A DNA stretch of 64,000 nucleotides from NCBI GenBank assembly GCA_964016885.1, contig OZ024742.1, positions 28,334,001 through 28,398,000 of the forward strand, read 5' to 3'. A program made the translations under genes and the position numbers. A model generated the notes under the pieces. The model was not told where the DNA came from. It saw only the letters and a list, made by a program, of their open reading frames with translations, and did not search any database. Position 1 is the stretch's first letter, and each line of letters starts with the position of its first letter. This stretch comes from Eledone cirrhosa. Lineage: Eukaryota. Of this stretch, positions 39,567 through 55,602 are shown one piece after another.

Positions 39567-42163
39567 GTGTTGCCCTGCCCAAAAGATTGAATGCTGCTCG
39601 TCTTAAGGATAAAAATGTGAAGAGGACATTGGAAGAAGAGATGCAGGCTGCAGATCTTGGTGAGGATTGGCCGACCCTTAAAAAGTCGGTTTATGATGTA
39701 GGCAGACGTGTTCTGGGATTGGTGCAGAGAAAACATCAGGACTGGTTTAATGAGAATGATGTACATATAGAAGACTTGTTGGCTGATAAGAGGCGTGCTC
39801 TGTCACGCTACTTGACGGCAAAACCACAGGAGAGGAATACGTTGCATGAGGAGCTCAGGGATGTAAAATCACGTGTTAGGCGGAGTCTTTCTCAGATGAA
39901 GGATCAGTGGTGGAGTGAGAAGGCTGGTGAGATACAAACTGCGTCTGATTGCAATAACACAAAGCTGTTGTACAGTCTCTTGCGTGAGGTTTATGGACCA
40001 TCTTCTTCTCTGATGACACCGATTCGCAGCAAGGATGGCAAAGAACTTCTTCGTGACTCACAGGGAATTCTACGAAGGTGGCGAGAGCACTTTGATGATC
40101 TTTTGAATCAGCCGTCTGTCGTCGGTGAAGATTTCCTCAATCTCATTCTGGAAAGTCCTGTGAAAGTAGCTCTCGCAGAACCTCCGACGCTTGTGGAGGT
40201 TGCAGTGGCTATTTCGAAGCTAAACAGTGGAAGATCTCCAGGTATGGATGGCATACCTGCTGAGCTCCTACAATATGGTGGTGAGAGACTCCTGCAACAT
40301 CTTCACTCTCTGTATGGAGGGATATGGGCTAATGAATCCGTGCCTGAGGACTGGAGAGATTCAGTAATGGTGGTCTTGTACAAGGGAAAGGGTAACAGGA
40401 ATGATTGTGGGAACTACAGAGGTATATCATTGCTTTCTGTCGTAGGGAAAGTTCTATGTAGGGTGCTTCTGGACCGTCTGCTGACACACATTGCAGATTG
40501 TGTCCTTCCTGAAAGTCAATCTGGTTTTCGTGCTGGACGTGGCACTACTGATATGATCTTCTCAGCTAGACAGCTCCAGGAGAAGTACATTGAACAGGGC
40601 TTGGATCTGTATCAGGTTTTTGTCGATCTGACAAAGGCTTTCGATACTGTCAACAGAGATGCATTATGGAAGGTTCTCCAGAAACTTGGTTGCCCTGATA
40701 AGTTCCTTGCTTTAGTTAGGTCTTTCCATGACGACATGAAGGCTTGGGTTAATGTCGGAGGTAACATGTCGGAGCCTATCTCAGTAAAAAATGGAGCGAA
40801 ACAGGGGGATATTCCAGCACCGACCCTGTTTGCCATATACTTTGCAATGGTTTTCTGTATTGCATTCAGGAATTGCGGGCATGGTGTTTACATCCGATAT
40901 CGAACCTCAGGCAGCATATTTAACATCAGGCGCTTTGCTGCGAAGACAAAAGTATTTACATCAGTCATAAGAGACCTCTTGTATGCAGATGATTGCGATC
41001 TTGTAGCGCACACAGAGAGTGATATGCAGCACATTTTGAATGTATTTTCTGACGCTTGCACTGCCCTGGGTTTGACTGTCAGTCTCAAGAAAACCGTCGT
41101 CATGTACCAACCTGCCCCTAGTAAGCAGTACACTGAACCAGACATCTATGTGTATGGCAAACGACTTGGAGTGGTTGATCAGTTTATCTACCTGGGAAGC
41201 ACTGTCAATCGATACGGCAACCTTGACAGTGAAATCTCACTTAGGATTAGGAAAGCAAGTGATGCTTTCGGAAAGCTAGAAAGGCGACTCTGGGGTCGGC
41301 GAGACATATGCAGGAGGACAAAGGTAAAGGTGTACAGGGCATGTGTACTCTCTTGTCTTCTTTATGCCTGCGAGACCTGGGTCACATATCGAAGCCACCT
41401 TAAGCAATTGGAGCGTTTCCATCAGATGTGTCTCAGACGGATCCATGGCGTTCACTGGAGGGACCATATCAGTGATGTCGAGATTTTGGAAAGCTCTATG
41501 TGTGACAGTATAGAAGCTCTTGTGCTTAAGCAACGACTCCGTTGGAGTGGTCACCTTGCCAGGATGAAGGATTCTAGAATACCAAAACAACTCTTCTATG
41601 GAGAGTTGGTTAAAGGAAAACGACCGCCACATAAACCAAAAAAGAGGTATAAGGATTCCTTGAAAGCCTCTCTGAAAGACGCTAACATCTCTGCTGATAC
41701 ATGGGAAAATATTGCTGCTGATCGTAATAAATGGAGAAAGACTGTATATGAGGGAAAAGTTGCCTTTGAGGCATCTCGAATCGCACACGAGAAAGTAAAG
41801 CGGGACGTTAGGAAGGGCATTGCTGTTGCACTTCCAGACGGCGAGGGTCCTCCTATGGTTCTGACATGCAGCGTCTGTGCGAGACTCTGCCTAAGCAAAG
41901 CTGGACTCGAAAGTCATCTTCGCAGTCATAAAGTAAGACCAGTGGTTGACTACCAGGCTGCTGTTGGAGATGCTACTCATCATGCTTGCCAAACATGTGG
42001 TAGAGAATGTAAATCAGCAGGAGGGCTCAAGCGACATGCAAAAGTACACGAACTCCAACCACAGCCGACTATTCCCAGTGAATGTTTTGGTTGCCGACTC
42101 TGTGCAAGACATTTTAGATCATTGGCTGGGCTAAAAAGCCACATTCGATCGCAGCACTGTTAG
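39567..42163 (+). CDS. RTE reverse transcriptase ORF with three C-terminal C2H2 zinc fingers (no endonuclease, no native start)
   Basis: NYRGISLL, ESQSGFR, FVDLTKAFDTV, KQGD..PTLF, LLYADD, RLRWSGH; fingers CSVC..HLRSH, CQTC..HAKVH, CRLC..HIRSQH. The ORF-track ATG lies in the flanking microsatellite. Confidence 0.85.
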
Positions 42164-42514
42164 TTGCTATCGTGTGTGTGTGTGTGTGTGTAGATATGCT
42201 TATGTGCGTGCGTGTGTGTGTATATATATATGAATATGTATATTATTATTGTTGTTGTCGTTATTATTATTATTGCTATTATTATTATTATTATTATTAT
42301 TATTGTTGTTATTAATGTATGTGTGTATATATGTGAGTGTATGTGTATGTATGTGTGTATGTATATATGTATGTTTATATATATATATATATATATATAT
42401 TTCTTTTTTTCTTTTCTTTTTTTTTTTTTATTTATTTATTATTATTATTTTTTTCTTTTTTTTTTTTTTTCTTGTGCAATGGCCATACTCGATAACGAGG
42501 GGGCAGCCATCATC
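39567..42514 (+). mobile_element. Young RTE LINE (BovB-like group), 5'-truncated, inserted in (GTAT)n
   Basis: Intact ORF, microsatellite-rich 3' UTR, end GGCCATACTCGATAACGAGGGGGCAGCCATCATC; candidate TSD ATGTATGTATG at 39556-66 and 42515-25. Confidence 0.93.
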
Positions 42515-43187
42515 ATGTATGTATGTATGTATTAAAGGTTGAAAGTTACTTCAACATAAAAATTGACTTTGAAAGTATAAGGCTGATAATTGAATGTAAA
42601 ACGATTGATAAGAAAGCTCCCCCCAAAAAAATTTACAGGTATTTGTATGTATGTGTGTATTTTTATGTCGAAAATAAAGGGTTAAAGTTACTTATACAGA
42701 AAAATTTAGTTTGAAAGTGTAAGGCCGATCTCTTTATCATTATATGCTATTGTTATTTCTAAAACAAACTGTGTATGCGTTGATTGATTGAAATTCCCGC
42801 GTTCCTGTTTCTATGACGTCAATCGTAACCATACCAACATATATGTGTGTGTATGCACCCACATATATGTGTGTATAAGTTTTTTTTCAATGTTTCTCTT
42901 TTTCACAAACACTTATAAGAGAAGGTAGCAATTTTAAGGGGAGGTGATGAATGGGAGTAGATATAGGAAACGTATATCATATGAGAGAGGAGAAATCATC
43001 GATTGTTGAAATAAATCGATTTTTCCGTAATTGTGGCATTTTTTAGCCAATAAGATCACCCATGACCCAAGTTAGAATATTTGTAAACATTCTGCTTAAT
43101 TATTCATTCAATATTTTTGCAATTGTGTAAATGTATAAAATTGAAACATACATACAGACACAAAAATCTGCCTTTTATAGATAATGA

Positions 43188-45284
<2,097 letters not shown>

Positions 45285-45293
45285 AATATATAT

Positions 45294-45655
<362 letters not shown>

Positions 45656-45683
45656 ATATATATATATATAAATATATATATAA

Positions 45684-45715
<32 letters not shown>

Positions 45716-45716
<1 letters not shown>

Positions 45717-47465
45717 TATGCCTCTGTGATTTGTCTAAACATTTCGTCTTTTCTGTGTGTAGATTCTATTTTTATTTCTATGTTCTCTAATTTATCCTTA
45801 TGTTCTATTTTAGCATGTTGGTGGAGTACAGATGATTCTTTACTATCTTGAAGCTCTCGCCAGTGTTCATTTATCCGTTCCCCTATACTACGAGCTGTCT
45901 CACCTATGTACACTATATTCTTATCTCTACATTGTCCTTCAGTACATTTTTTATGCTATATACTACATTTCTAGTTCTACAGTTAATATGGGGGCTTAAT
46001 TTACAGATTGTACATTTCTGATCTATACAGGGAGGTCTTTGAAAAGGGTATGTATTGCTAATAAGTGTTTTTATGGAGGTACCTGGTGTTTGTACTATCT
46101 TAATATTGAGTTTCTGTTTATCTAGGACCCTTCGAAATTTGTAAGCTAATTCACCTCTAGGGTTTGTATCGATGAAAATTACACTCTGGTATTTATTGCT
46201 ATCATACCATGAGTTTATTCTATTAACCTTATTCCTATTTCTTTCTATTCTATTCCAAAATTTGCTCCTGTACAAGGGGCAGGTCCCATTTGTATCATTA
46301 TTTACCATTTTTTCCCATTTGGTTCTGGCTGCTCTATTTACTCTGATCTTATCTCTCTGATTGTAACCGGAGAACTGCATACGGTGGATGAAGTGTTGTA
46401 TGTGTCTCTCTAGTTCTTTGGGGTTGCACATGCGGGACACGTTTCTCATCACCCGTACCAAATCCGCAATCAGTATGGTGATTTTGGTATGGTCCGAAAC
46501 AGCTGTGTTTCGATGGATCAGATATTTGGAAGTCATGGGTTTGGCATAATGGGAATGGAGGATTTGTTTTTTGTTATTAATGGTATCTAACCAGAGCTCT
46601 GTGTCTAGTACAGGTAATCGATGTTTGGGGTGTTTGCTTGGGTAGTCTATCGTAATTCTAATACTCTGGTGGATGGAGTTAGCTATTTGCTGGTTGTTTT
46701 CCATGGTGTTTTTCTCTAATTCCTGACTGTTCTCTAGTGGGGGTGTTTTTACTACGATGTTTATATCATCAACGTAGCGGGAGTACATTATCATGGTTAA
46801 GGGGTTGCTGTCTTCTAATTGTTCTTTAAGTTTAAGTTTAAGTCTATTGTCCCACCATACCATGGCTGCTCCCTCCTCTTGGGCATATGTTTTTCCATTA
46901 AATTTGAACATATGTTCCTTAAGGGTTAATTTTATACTGGCCCCCACCGCATGTGCAATCATTTTCTTTAGTTCATCGTGGTTTTCGGGGGTCCAACCAA
47001 AATTAAATAGAAAACGTGAATGGAACACCAACATCACAACTTACAATTAAGGACAAAATGAAAACACACACACACACATAGAACAAAAAACCAACCAGTA
47101 ACATGTAAATAAACAAATAAATAAACAAATATAAACACACACAGACACCCGGATGTAACACATGCGCAAACTAAGCACACAACACACACAAAAAGAAGAT
47201 GGCGTAGGGCAGAACAAAGGAGAGGCACAAAAACAAAGAAAAGAAAAAAAGAAAAGAATGCCCAGTCACTGAAGAGCTCACAGAATGTGTGACGAAAGAA
47301 CTTTGGCAATATATGAACAATCATCTGGTTGTGGAACCAGCCAACCAACCTACCGGAAATTTATAAATTCCTAAATTTATAAATTTAATTTATAATAAAT
47401 TGAAGTGAAAGCAACTGGTGCGTGTGTTTCTTATTGGCAACATGACCCTCCCAAAGTATAACAAT
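45716..47465 (-). mobile_element. Penelope-like element (Naiad-like): RT-thumb-GIY-YIG plus inverted pLTR
   Basis: YSRYVDDI, DYPSKHP..LPVLD, YAKPM, MQFSGY, Cys-rich linker, NVVY..YIGETARS..R..EH; frameshift near 45945; plus-strand pLTR ~47000-47465. Confidence 0.88.
47264..47308 (+). ncRNA. Type I hammerhead motif
   Basis: gtca-CTGAAGA-(tcaca/tgtga)-GAAA-gaac-TT-tggc; the paralogue near 26550 preserves TA-tgact. Confidence 0.65.
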
Positions 47466-47467
47466 AT

Positions 47468-47500
<33 letters not shown>

Positions 47501-47566
47501 AATATATATATATATGTATAAATATATATATATGTATAAATATAAATGCTTTATATATATATAAAT

Positions 47567-50127
47567 GCCATTCTAGCAACACTTTTGATGGGAGACTTTA
47601 ATCTACCCTGTGTCGATTGGTCTACATGTAGTTTGAAACCAGGCTCCACAGCCTCAACCACTGACAAAGAGGCTGTCGAGTCACTTCTTTACTTCATGAA
47701 TGAGTTTTTCTTGTCACAACTTGTCCTTGCACCAACGAGGCATCAGAAGAACATTCTGGATCTAGTGTTTAGTAACCACACTAACACTATACATAATATT
47801 ACAGTGGAAAAAACCCTTCTCTCAGACCATAACATGGTTCTTTGTAACCTGAGATTCCACCAGCCGAAACCTAATCCCAGGGTCTCTCTCCAGCCCACCC
47901 ATTTGATAACATGGATCTCTACAATGCCAACTGGGATGCTATTATGAACGAACTATCACATGTCGACTGGTCTTTTACACATGCACACACTTCCACCAAC
48001 ATCAAAACATCTTGGCAGATCTTTGTAGACACTGTCACAAATATATGTACAAAACACACCCCACCAAAACCTGTGAAAAAAACCAAGTGCAGTATCCCCC
48101 AAAAGAGAAAAACAATTATCAGAAAAATAAAAAGAACAAACAAAAAAATTAACACACTAAAATACTCTAACACACACATTCAATGGCTATCACCCTGCTT
48201 GAATCAAAAAAATATAACCTCCAGCAATGCATGATGACCATCATCAATAACCAGAGAATAGCTGAAGAGAGGTGGGCCATTGAGAAAATAAAACTCAACC
48301 CCAAAGTGTTCTTCTCATTCGCTAAAAAACACAAGGTCACCGTCTCCACTGTTGGCCCCCTAGTTGATGAATATGGCACACTCCAGGACAATGCCAAAAC
48401 CATGGGCGAGTTACTTCAGAAACAATATTGCTCTGGTTTCAGCTACCCTGATATGGACGATCTGAGCCGTATCAGTGATATTAACCCCCAACACACTATA
48501 TCAGACATAACGTTTGGCGCCCCTGGTATCTTAGCGGCAATAAACAAAATTAAATACAATTCAGCCTCGACAGGTTCCCTGCTTGTGTCCTGAAGGTGTG
48601 TCGACACCAACTTGCTGTCCCAGTCCGTTATCCCAGTCTTCAAAAAGGGAAATAAGTCCCTTGCAGTGAACTACCGTTCGATCTCACTCACCTCTCATAT
48701 TATCAAGGTATTTGAGAGGGTGGTGAGATCACGAATAACCCACTTTCTTGAAAGCAACGGCCTGCTGAACTCCAACCAACATGGGTTCCATAATGGAAGG
48801 GACTGCCTAACGCAGCTCCTGCATCACTTTGGCGATGTTTTGAGAGTCTTGGGAGAGGGCTCCTACACTGATGTCATCTACCTTGATTTCAGCAAGGCCT
48901 TCGACAGGGTTGATCATAAGATTCTACTGAAAAAACTATCCAATGTTGGTGTCTCTGGAAGGTTACTACAGTGGATCAAATGTTTCCTGACAGGCAGAAC
49001 CCAGCATGTTGTAGTCGAAGGAGTAAAATCAAGCCCTGCCAAAGTCCGCAGTGGCGTCCCACAAGGCACTGTGTTGGGCCCACTTCTTTTCATCATCTAC
49101 ATTAATGACATTACTGACATCATCAAACACAGTAACATCAGAATCTTCGCAGATGATTCCAAGCTCCAAATGGTCATCAATGAGGTGGGTGACCGGACTT
49201 GCCTTCAGTCAGACCCACTGGCTGTTATCCAATGGGCAGAGATGAATAATATGCTGTTGAATGAGGATAAATTTGAACTAATCCACTTTGGAAAAAAGGA
49301 TGCTCTGAAACTACCATACTCTCTTCCTTCGGGTGAAACTCTGGTGGCTTCCAATAACATCAGAGACCTGGGAGTAATTGTGGATAACAATATAAGCTGG
49401 GCCACTCATATAAACAGCAAAGTTGATATGGCCCGCAGAATGTGTTCCTGGATTCTCAAAATTTTCCAGTCGAGAGATATCCACACTGTTGTCCTTCTCT
49501 TCTTCACTTTCGCCCGACACCACCTTGAATACTGTTGTCCACTGTGGTCACCCCACACGAAACAAAGTATCATGAAAGTTGAAGCACCCCAAAGGTCAAT
49601 TACAAAAAAAGATAGTTGGCATGGGGTCGATTAGAAAAGCTCAAACTTTATTGACAATTGGGGTCGATTAGAAAAGCTCAAACTTTATTCTCTTCAACGT
49701 CGCCGTGAGCGCTACATTATCTGTATGATGTGGAAAATATTCCATCAGCATAGCCCAAATGATGTTGGCATCATCTTTAGTGTACACCCAAGGCTTGGGC
49801 CCCGTGCTATCTACCCAGGACAAAAATCCCACTCGCATCACATAACAACAATACGACACAATTATTTCACCTCAATTGGCCCTGCACTCTTTAACATTAC
49901 ACCAAAACACATCAAAGCAGAGAGACCCCATCAAGTTCAAGAAGTCTTTGGATAAACTCCTTCAAGAAATCCCGGATAAGCCTCCTACACCCGGATATGC
50001 CTCCGTAAACAATAACTCTCTGCTCGATTGGGCCATGATGCCCAAACACTGATTTGTAAGACTTCGCCAGGTGGTGCTATTAAGTTAGACATGGTCTGGA
50101 CCAATAGTGGCCGAAACCTACCTACCT
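47567..50127 (+). mobile_element. CR1-group LINE, 5'-truncated and frameshifted
   Basis: Endonuclease GDFNLP..PTR..ILDLVF..SDH; RT NYRSISLTS, QHGF, YLDFSKAFDRV, GVPQGTVLGPLLF, FADDSK; LYSLQRRRERY; (CCTA)n tail. Confidence 0.92.
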
Positions 50128-50149
50128 ATATATATATATATATATAAAG

Positions 50150-50340
50150 AATTGGATTCGCAATAGTGAGGTTGTGAATTCGATTCTCAGACCAGGCGAT
50201 GCGTTATGTCCTTGAGCAAGACACTTTATTTCACGTTGCTCCTTCTACCTGGAGTTGCGACAGATAGATAGTATTAGCAATTGGAAAAACCAATGGAAAT
50301 ATTGTTTTCCCAGTCCGATTTGACGAAAGTCGATCGTTCC
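50150..50340 (+). mobile_element. SINE (family C-type head/core, different tail)
   Basis: GAATTCGATTCTCAG..CCTTGAGCAAGACACTTTATTTCACGTTGCTCC. Confidence 0.7.
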
Positions 50341-50383
50341 TAAAATAAAATATATATATATATAAATATATACATATATAAAT

Positions 50384-50450
<67 letters not shown>

Positions 50451-50657
50451 AATATATATATATAAATATATAAATATATAAATATATATATAAATATATA
50501 AATATATATATTTAAATATATATAAATATATATATATAAATATATAAATATATATATATATATAAATATATAAATATATATATATAAATATATAAAAATA
50601 TATATATATAAATATATATAAATATATATATATATAAATATATATATAAATATATAT

Positions 50658-51277
50658 ACTATGAATAAAGAGTTCTAAACTTAAACAGTCCTTTACAATG
50701 AAATAGCTCAAAGAAAGAAGTATTTCTGAGCCGTGTAATACAAGTTAATATAAATTAATATATATGATAAACACAAATACCAACATATAAGTGTTTGTAT
50801 TGTAAATGTCTAAGTTACCTAGATTGAAAAATACTAATTATAATAATACAGTTTGCCTGTCTCGATTTAAAATAATAAATCAATAAAAACAAACCATACT
50901 GGCAAATGGCCGTGGTACTTGGACAAATTTAAATTTCAAAATCCAAACCTGTTCCGTAGATAAGTTTAAACTTCAAAATCCAAATAAGTTTATGAAAAAG
51001 TAAATGAAAAAGTGAAAAAATACCATAATCAGATCTCATCAGCAAGTACCCTGAAAAATTGTTTCACTTCAAAATATTTAAGAAGACTGATCAACGTACA
51101 TGGTTTCTCGGTGTCTAGCTGCCGCATACTTGTGCTGCCAGAAATAACAGACGTTTTTACGGGGCTAAAATTAGCTCGACAGAAGGAGCCGTGATACTAT
51201 GAATAAAGAGTTCTAAACTCAAACAGTCTTTTACAATGAAATAGCTCAAAGAAAGAAGTATTTCTGAGCCGTGTAAT
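50658..51277. mobile_element. Small non-coding element bounded by ~80-bp direct repeats
   Basis: TACTATGAATAAAGAGTTCTAAAC..GAGCCGTGTAATA at 50658-50740 and 51195-51277; (TA)n on both sides. Confidence 0.55.
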
Positions 51278-51367
51278 AAATATATATATAAATATATATA
51301 TATAAATATATAAATATATACATATAAATATATATATATATATAAATATATATATATAAATATGTAT

Positions 51368-51561
51368 ATAGGAACGAGTAGGACCCCGACGGCTGAGCTT
51401 AAGCCGTTTCGACCGCTAATTGAGTCCAGAATTAGCCGTCGAAACGGCTTGAGCTCAGCCGTCGGGGTCCTACTCGTTCCTATTACCCACTCTACTACCC
51501 TAAGTATTGAGTACTTTGGTGCGTTATGGTCCACCTGGTTCCTTACCACATTTCCTTCGTT
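51368..51561 (+). mobile_element. PLE pLTR 3' fragment with fold-back
   Basis: Inverted repeat at 51368-51483; the remainder matches 45521-45655. Confidence 0.6.
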
Positions 51562-51599
51562 AAATATGTATTATAAATATATATATATATATAAATATA

Positions 51600-53740
51600 T
51601 ATAAACGTTTGTATATGTATAATAAAGCCAAAACAATGCAGGTATGGACATAGAATAAAGAATGCAAATGCAAAAGATATTGTTGACAATTAGTCTTTTA
51701 CCTTAGATTTATTTAAATGTCCTTAATTTTCGAGATAATATCTCTTCTTCGGAGGGAAGTAAAGCAGTTAAACCAGTGTTCTAAATAGCTTGCAAGTCAT
51801 GTTGACAGGAAATGGTATAGAGTATCTGTTCTATCTCTAATATCAAAGGGTTAAGGTTAGGCGGATAAAGAGTAGTCACCCTTTAAAGGTTTTTTTTTTG
51901 TTTTTTTGTACATGTCTGTTTAAGTGTGTGGGAGAATGCGTGAAAGTGTAAGTATATGTGTGTGAGTGTGAGTAGATATGTCTATAAGTAAATGTTTGGG
52001 GATAGATGTTATCTCGTGTTAGAACTGGTCTTTGTGTGTGTGTAAGAGAGAATAAGTGGAGGCGTAAGCGTGTGTGTGTGTGTGTGTGTGTGCGTGTGTA
52101 TGGGAGGGGCTGTAAATATGAGGCTAGATGCTCTATCAAGTTATAAATTGGGTGTTGAGTTCTAGTCTATTATTGATTGGTGGTTGTGTTTTGTCTATAA
52201 TTAGTGCTTCCTTAATTCTAAGATTGCCGAGGCTTCTTTCCTTAGTTTCTACCCTAACTGTTATATTTTTGTCGGTGTTTTTGCATTTAACTAGGTGTTT
52301 CTTAAATGAGGAAGCGTTAGTATTGAGGTGTTCTTTTATTCTTATGTAGAGTGGTCTGGTGGTGCTACCTACGTAGAAGCTGCTGCATTTGTCGCACTCT
52401 AGTCTGTATACGACGTAAGCCTGGTGGCATAGGTCTGTGTCGTTGATGGGGCAGTTGGCTAGCCTGCAGCGGTTGTCACGTCTGGTGGAGTGTCTTTTGG
52501 TTAGCTGTCCGCGTAGAGAAGGACCTGAGTGGGCCAGTTGGAAATCTAGTCCCTCTCGTCTGATAGCTCTGCGGATGGCGGTTGTTGTTTCGTCACTGAA
52601 GTGTGGGAGCTTCAGGAAGCAAGTGTTAGTGCCTCGGGTGTGGTGTCCTCTGTTCCTTCTGGCACGGTGTGTGGTGGATGTCCTGTATCCGTTCAGTTTG
52701 AGTATTTCCAGGAAATGTGTGGTGTGTGTGTCTCGGTCTCTAGCGTTGTTCCGGATACGTGTTAATTCGTTCCTTATGTATCCGAACTTAGCGCTGGCTG
52801 GGAGCGCCGATCTGAAATGTACGAACAGGTCCCTGCTGGCGGCTTTTTTATAGAAGCAAGTGTGGATGTTGCCTTCCTCTGTTACCCTGAGTTGGAAGTC
52901 CAGTAGGGATAGGGATCCGTGGTCATCGGGGTGTTCCATGCTGAACTTTATACTAGTGTCCATGCTGGAGAATGTTGTGTATATTTTATCCGCCTCCTCA
53001 CGGGATGATGTAAGGATGAGTATGTCATCTACATATCGGGTGAAGAATGTATGGGAATGGCAGGTGTTGAAGGCTCGGCATTCTAACTGGTTCATATAGG
53101 TGATGGCCAGCAGGTTCGATAGGCTGGATCCCATTTTTAATCCTGTTGTCTGTCTGGTGGAAGGTGAAGTACGTGTTGTCCACTGTGAAGGACAAAAGCT
53201 GGTGTATGTCCGTCGGAAGGAGGCCGTAGCAGTGGATGTCCTCTGCGACCATGCAGTCCGTCAATAAATCGACAGCTGGATGAGCGCGGACTGTAGTGTA
53301 GAGGGAGACAACGTCGCGGCTAAAGGCGTATCTATTTAGTTTAAGTTGTTCTGGCTGGAGTTGGTGTAGTCTACGTATGACTTCGTCGGAGCTATTGACG
53401 TGCCCGGGAAAGGTAGAGAGTAGAGGCTTGAGGACATGGGACAGGAGCCAGGAAATGTTGTATAGGAGTCCTTTTATGCTAGAGACAATGGGTCTTATTT
53501 GTGTCTTAGTACTATTCTTGTGGGTCATGATGAGGTGGTAGAAAGTGGGCAGTCTGCTATTTCTAGTGTTGTAGTTGAGCTTAACTCTCCGAAGAAGAGA
53601 TATTATCTCAAAAATTAAGGACATTTAAATAAATCTAAGGTAAAAGACTAATTGTCAACAATATCTTTTGCATTTGCATTCTTTATTCTATGTCCATACC
53701 TGCATTGTTTTGGCTTTATTATACATATACAAACGTTTAT
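51600..53740 (-). mobile_element. Penelope-like element (Penelope/Poseidon-like) with inverted pLTR at the 5' truncation
   Basis: IRPIVS, DVVSLYT, MGSSLS, RYVDD, LLDF, VVY..C..C..YVGST..R..EH; 53586-53740 is the reverse complement of 51600-51754. Confidence 0.9.
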
Positions 53741-53781
53741 ACCTCATTACACAATGCTTCAAGTGAACTATAACTTCCTCC

Positions 53782-53815
<34 letters not shown>

Positions 53816-54360
53816 AATATATATTTATATATAAATATATATATATATATATATAATAACTAGAAATTGCTTAACATATATATAAACATTAATAATCACA
53901 GGAGATAATTTTTACAAGTGTGTAACCACACATAGCTAGGTAGGTAACTAAATAAAGTTGACGAGAACTTCAAAAATAGATACCTTATAATATGATTAAT
54001 CTTCCCGGTATATATTCCATTAAAGAAATATATTTCACCAATCAATCAGATGGTAAACCACTGAAGTGGAGATTTGGATTTTCAACAAGGAAGACATTTC
54101 CAGCCATCCACGCTTACACTTCAAGTTCAAATCTGCAACTGGCTATTACCACGTGTAGTATTTACTATAAATACACACATCATAGTAGCTTCGTCCCAGT
54201 GGCGTGAAAAGGGTTATCGACAACTAGAAACAGCAGTCGAGTCCTTTCAACAGAGTTAGCTCTACAATTAAGGAGCCGTATTTATATATCTATATCCAAA
54301 ATTAAGATAAATTAAATGAATTTAATCTAAATCAAAATTATGGGTGTCATGGATGTCAGA

Positions 54361-55442
54361 GTAAGGTCCTTGTAAGTAGATGAGAAAACAGAACCCAGAG
54401 CCCCTCAGGGAAATGGCCTTGCTCAGTATGTAGGAAAGGTGTAGGTAGGAACTCCATTCTCTGCCCCAAATGCAAACAATGGGTACACAAGAGATGTAGC
54501 AGGATCTCAGGAAGCTTAATTAAGAATGTAGGGACAGCAAGCAGCAAACAGCCACAGGAAACAAGTATCACCAATCTCTGGGAGAAACAGTAACAGCTTC
54601 TGCTACCTAGGTGACCGAATTAGCAGCGGAGGTGGGTGTTCAGAAAGTACAATAACTAGGGTAAGAACGGAATGGAAGAAGTTCAGGGAACTACTGCCAC
54701 TGTTAGCTGCAAAAAGCTTCTCCCTCAGAATGAAAGGCAGACTGTATAATGCGTGTATCCGAACAGCAATGTTACATGGTAGTGAGACCTGGGCGCTGAA
54801 GGTGGAAGACTTACGTAGATTAGAAAGAAACGAAGCCTGCATGCTCCGATGGATGTGTAATAGTAATATACGCGAACGACAAAGCATAAATGAATTGAGA
54901 GAGAGACTGAGCATAAGAGGAATCAAATGCTGTGTGCAGGAGAGGCGGTTGCGTTGGTATGGACATGTGATGCGTATGAAGGATGACAGCTGCATAAAAA
55001 GGTGCAGAGCACTAGAAGTCGATGGAAACCGCGGAGTGGCGAGACCCAATTACACTTATCAAAGGCGATGACACACGACCGTGACCTCTGGCGTCACGCA
55101 GTAATACAGAATACCCGAACTCCCATGGGTAGAAGCTTAAGCATTTAGACAATATGCCCCCACACCCTCCCACTGCAAGGTGGTCGTGGAGGTGCCACGG
55201 CAAAAAAGCACCCAGCCCACACTGTAAAGTGGACGTGTAGGCGCCACGGGAAAAAAGCACCCAGCACTCACTGTAAATGAGGTTGGTGTTAGGAAGGGCA
55301 TCCAGCTGTAGAAATCAAGCCAAAGCAGTTCCTGTATGAGCAAGACATGGTCAGCCGACCAGACACTGCCCACAACAGGACAACCCATCTAACCCATGCT
55401 AGCATGGAAGAACGGACGTAAAACGGTGATGATGATGATGAT
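54361..55442 (+). mobile_element. RTE-A LINE 3' part
   Basis: KGRLYNACIRTAMLHGSETW..RLRWYGHVMR, UTR and (GAT)n tail; small deletions relative to 28940-30050. Confidence 0.93.
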
Positions 55443-55563
55443 ATATATATATATATATATATAAATATATATATATTATTATAAATATATATATATATAT
55501 ATATAAATATATATATTAGTATAAATATATACATATATATATATAAATATATTATTATTATAA

Positions 55564-55602
<39 letters not shown>

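Larger units (their letters stand above)
36871..43187 (-). mobile_element. Helitron, internally deleted (non-autonomous), interrupted by an RTE
   Basis: Minus strand 5' A^TC (43187 or 43181); 3' hairpin cccgagcaacgccggg plus CTAG^T at 36871; RepHel fragments; subterminal repeats AAAGG(G/T)TGAAAGTTACTT on both sides of the RTE. Confidence 0.9.

Noticed and set aside
41867-42163. Host C2H2 zinc-finger gene exon
   Set aside because: In frame with the RTE RT, lacks TGEKP linkers and is followed by the RTE 3' tail.
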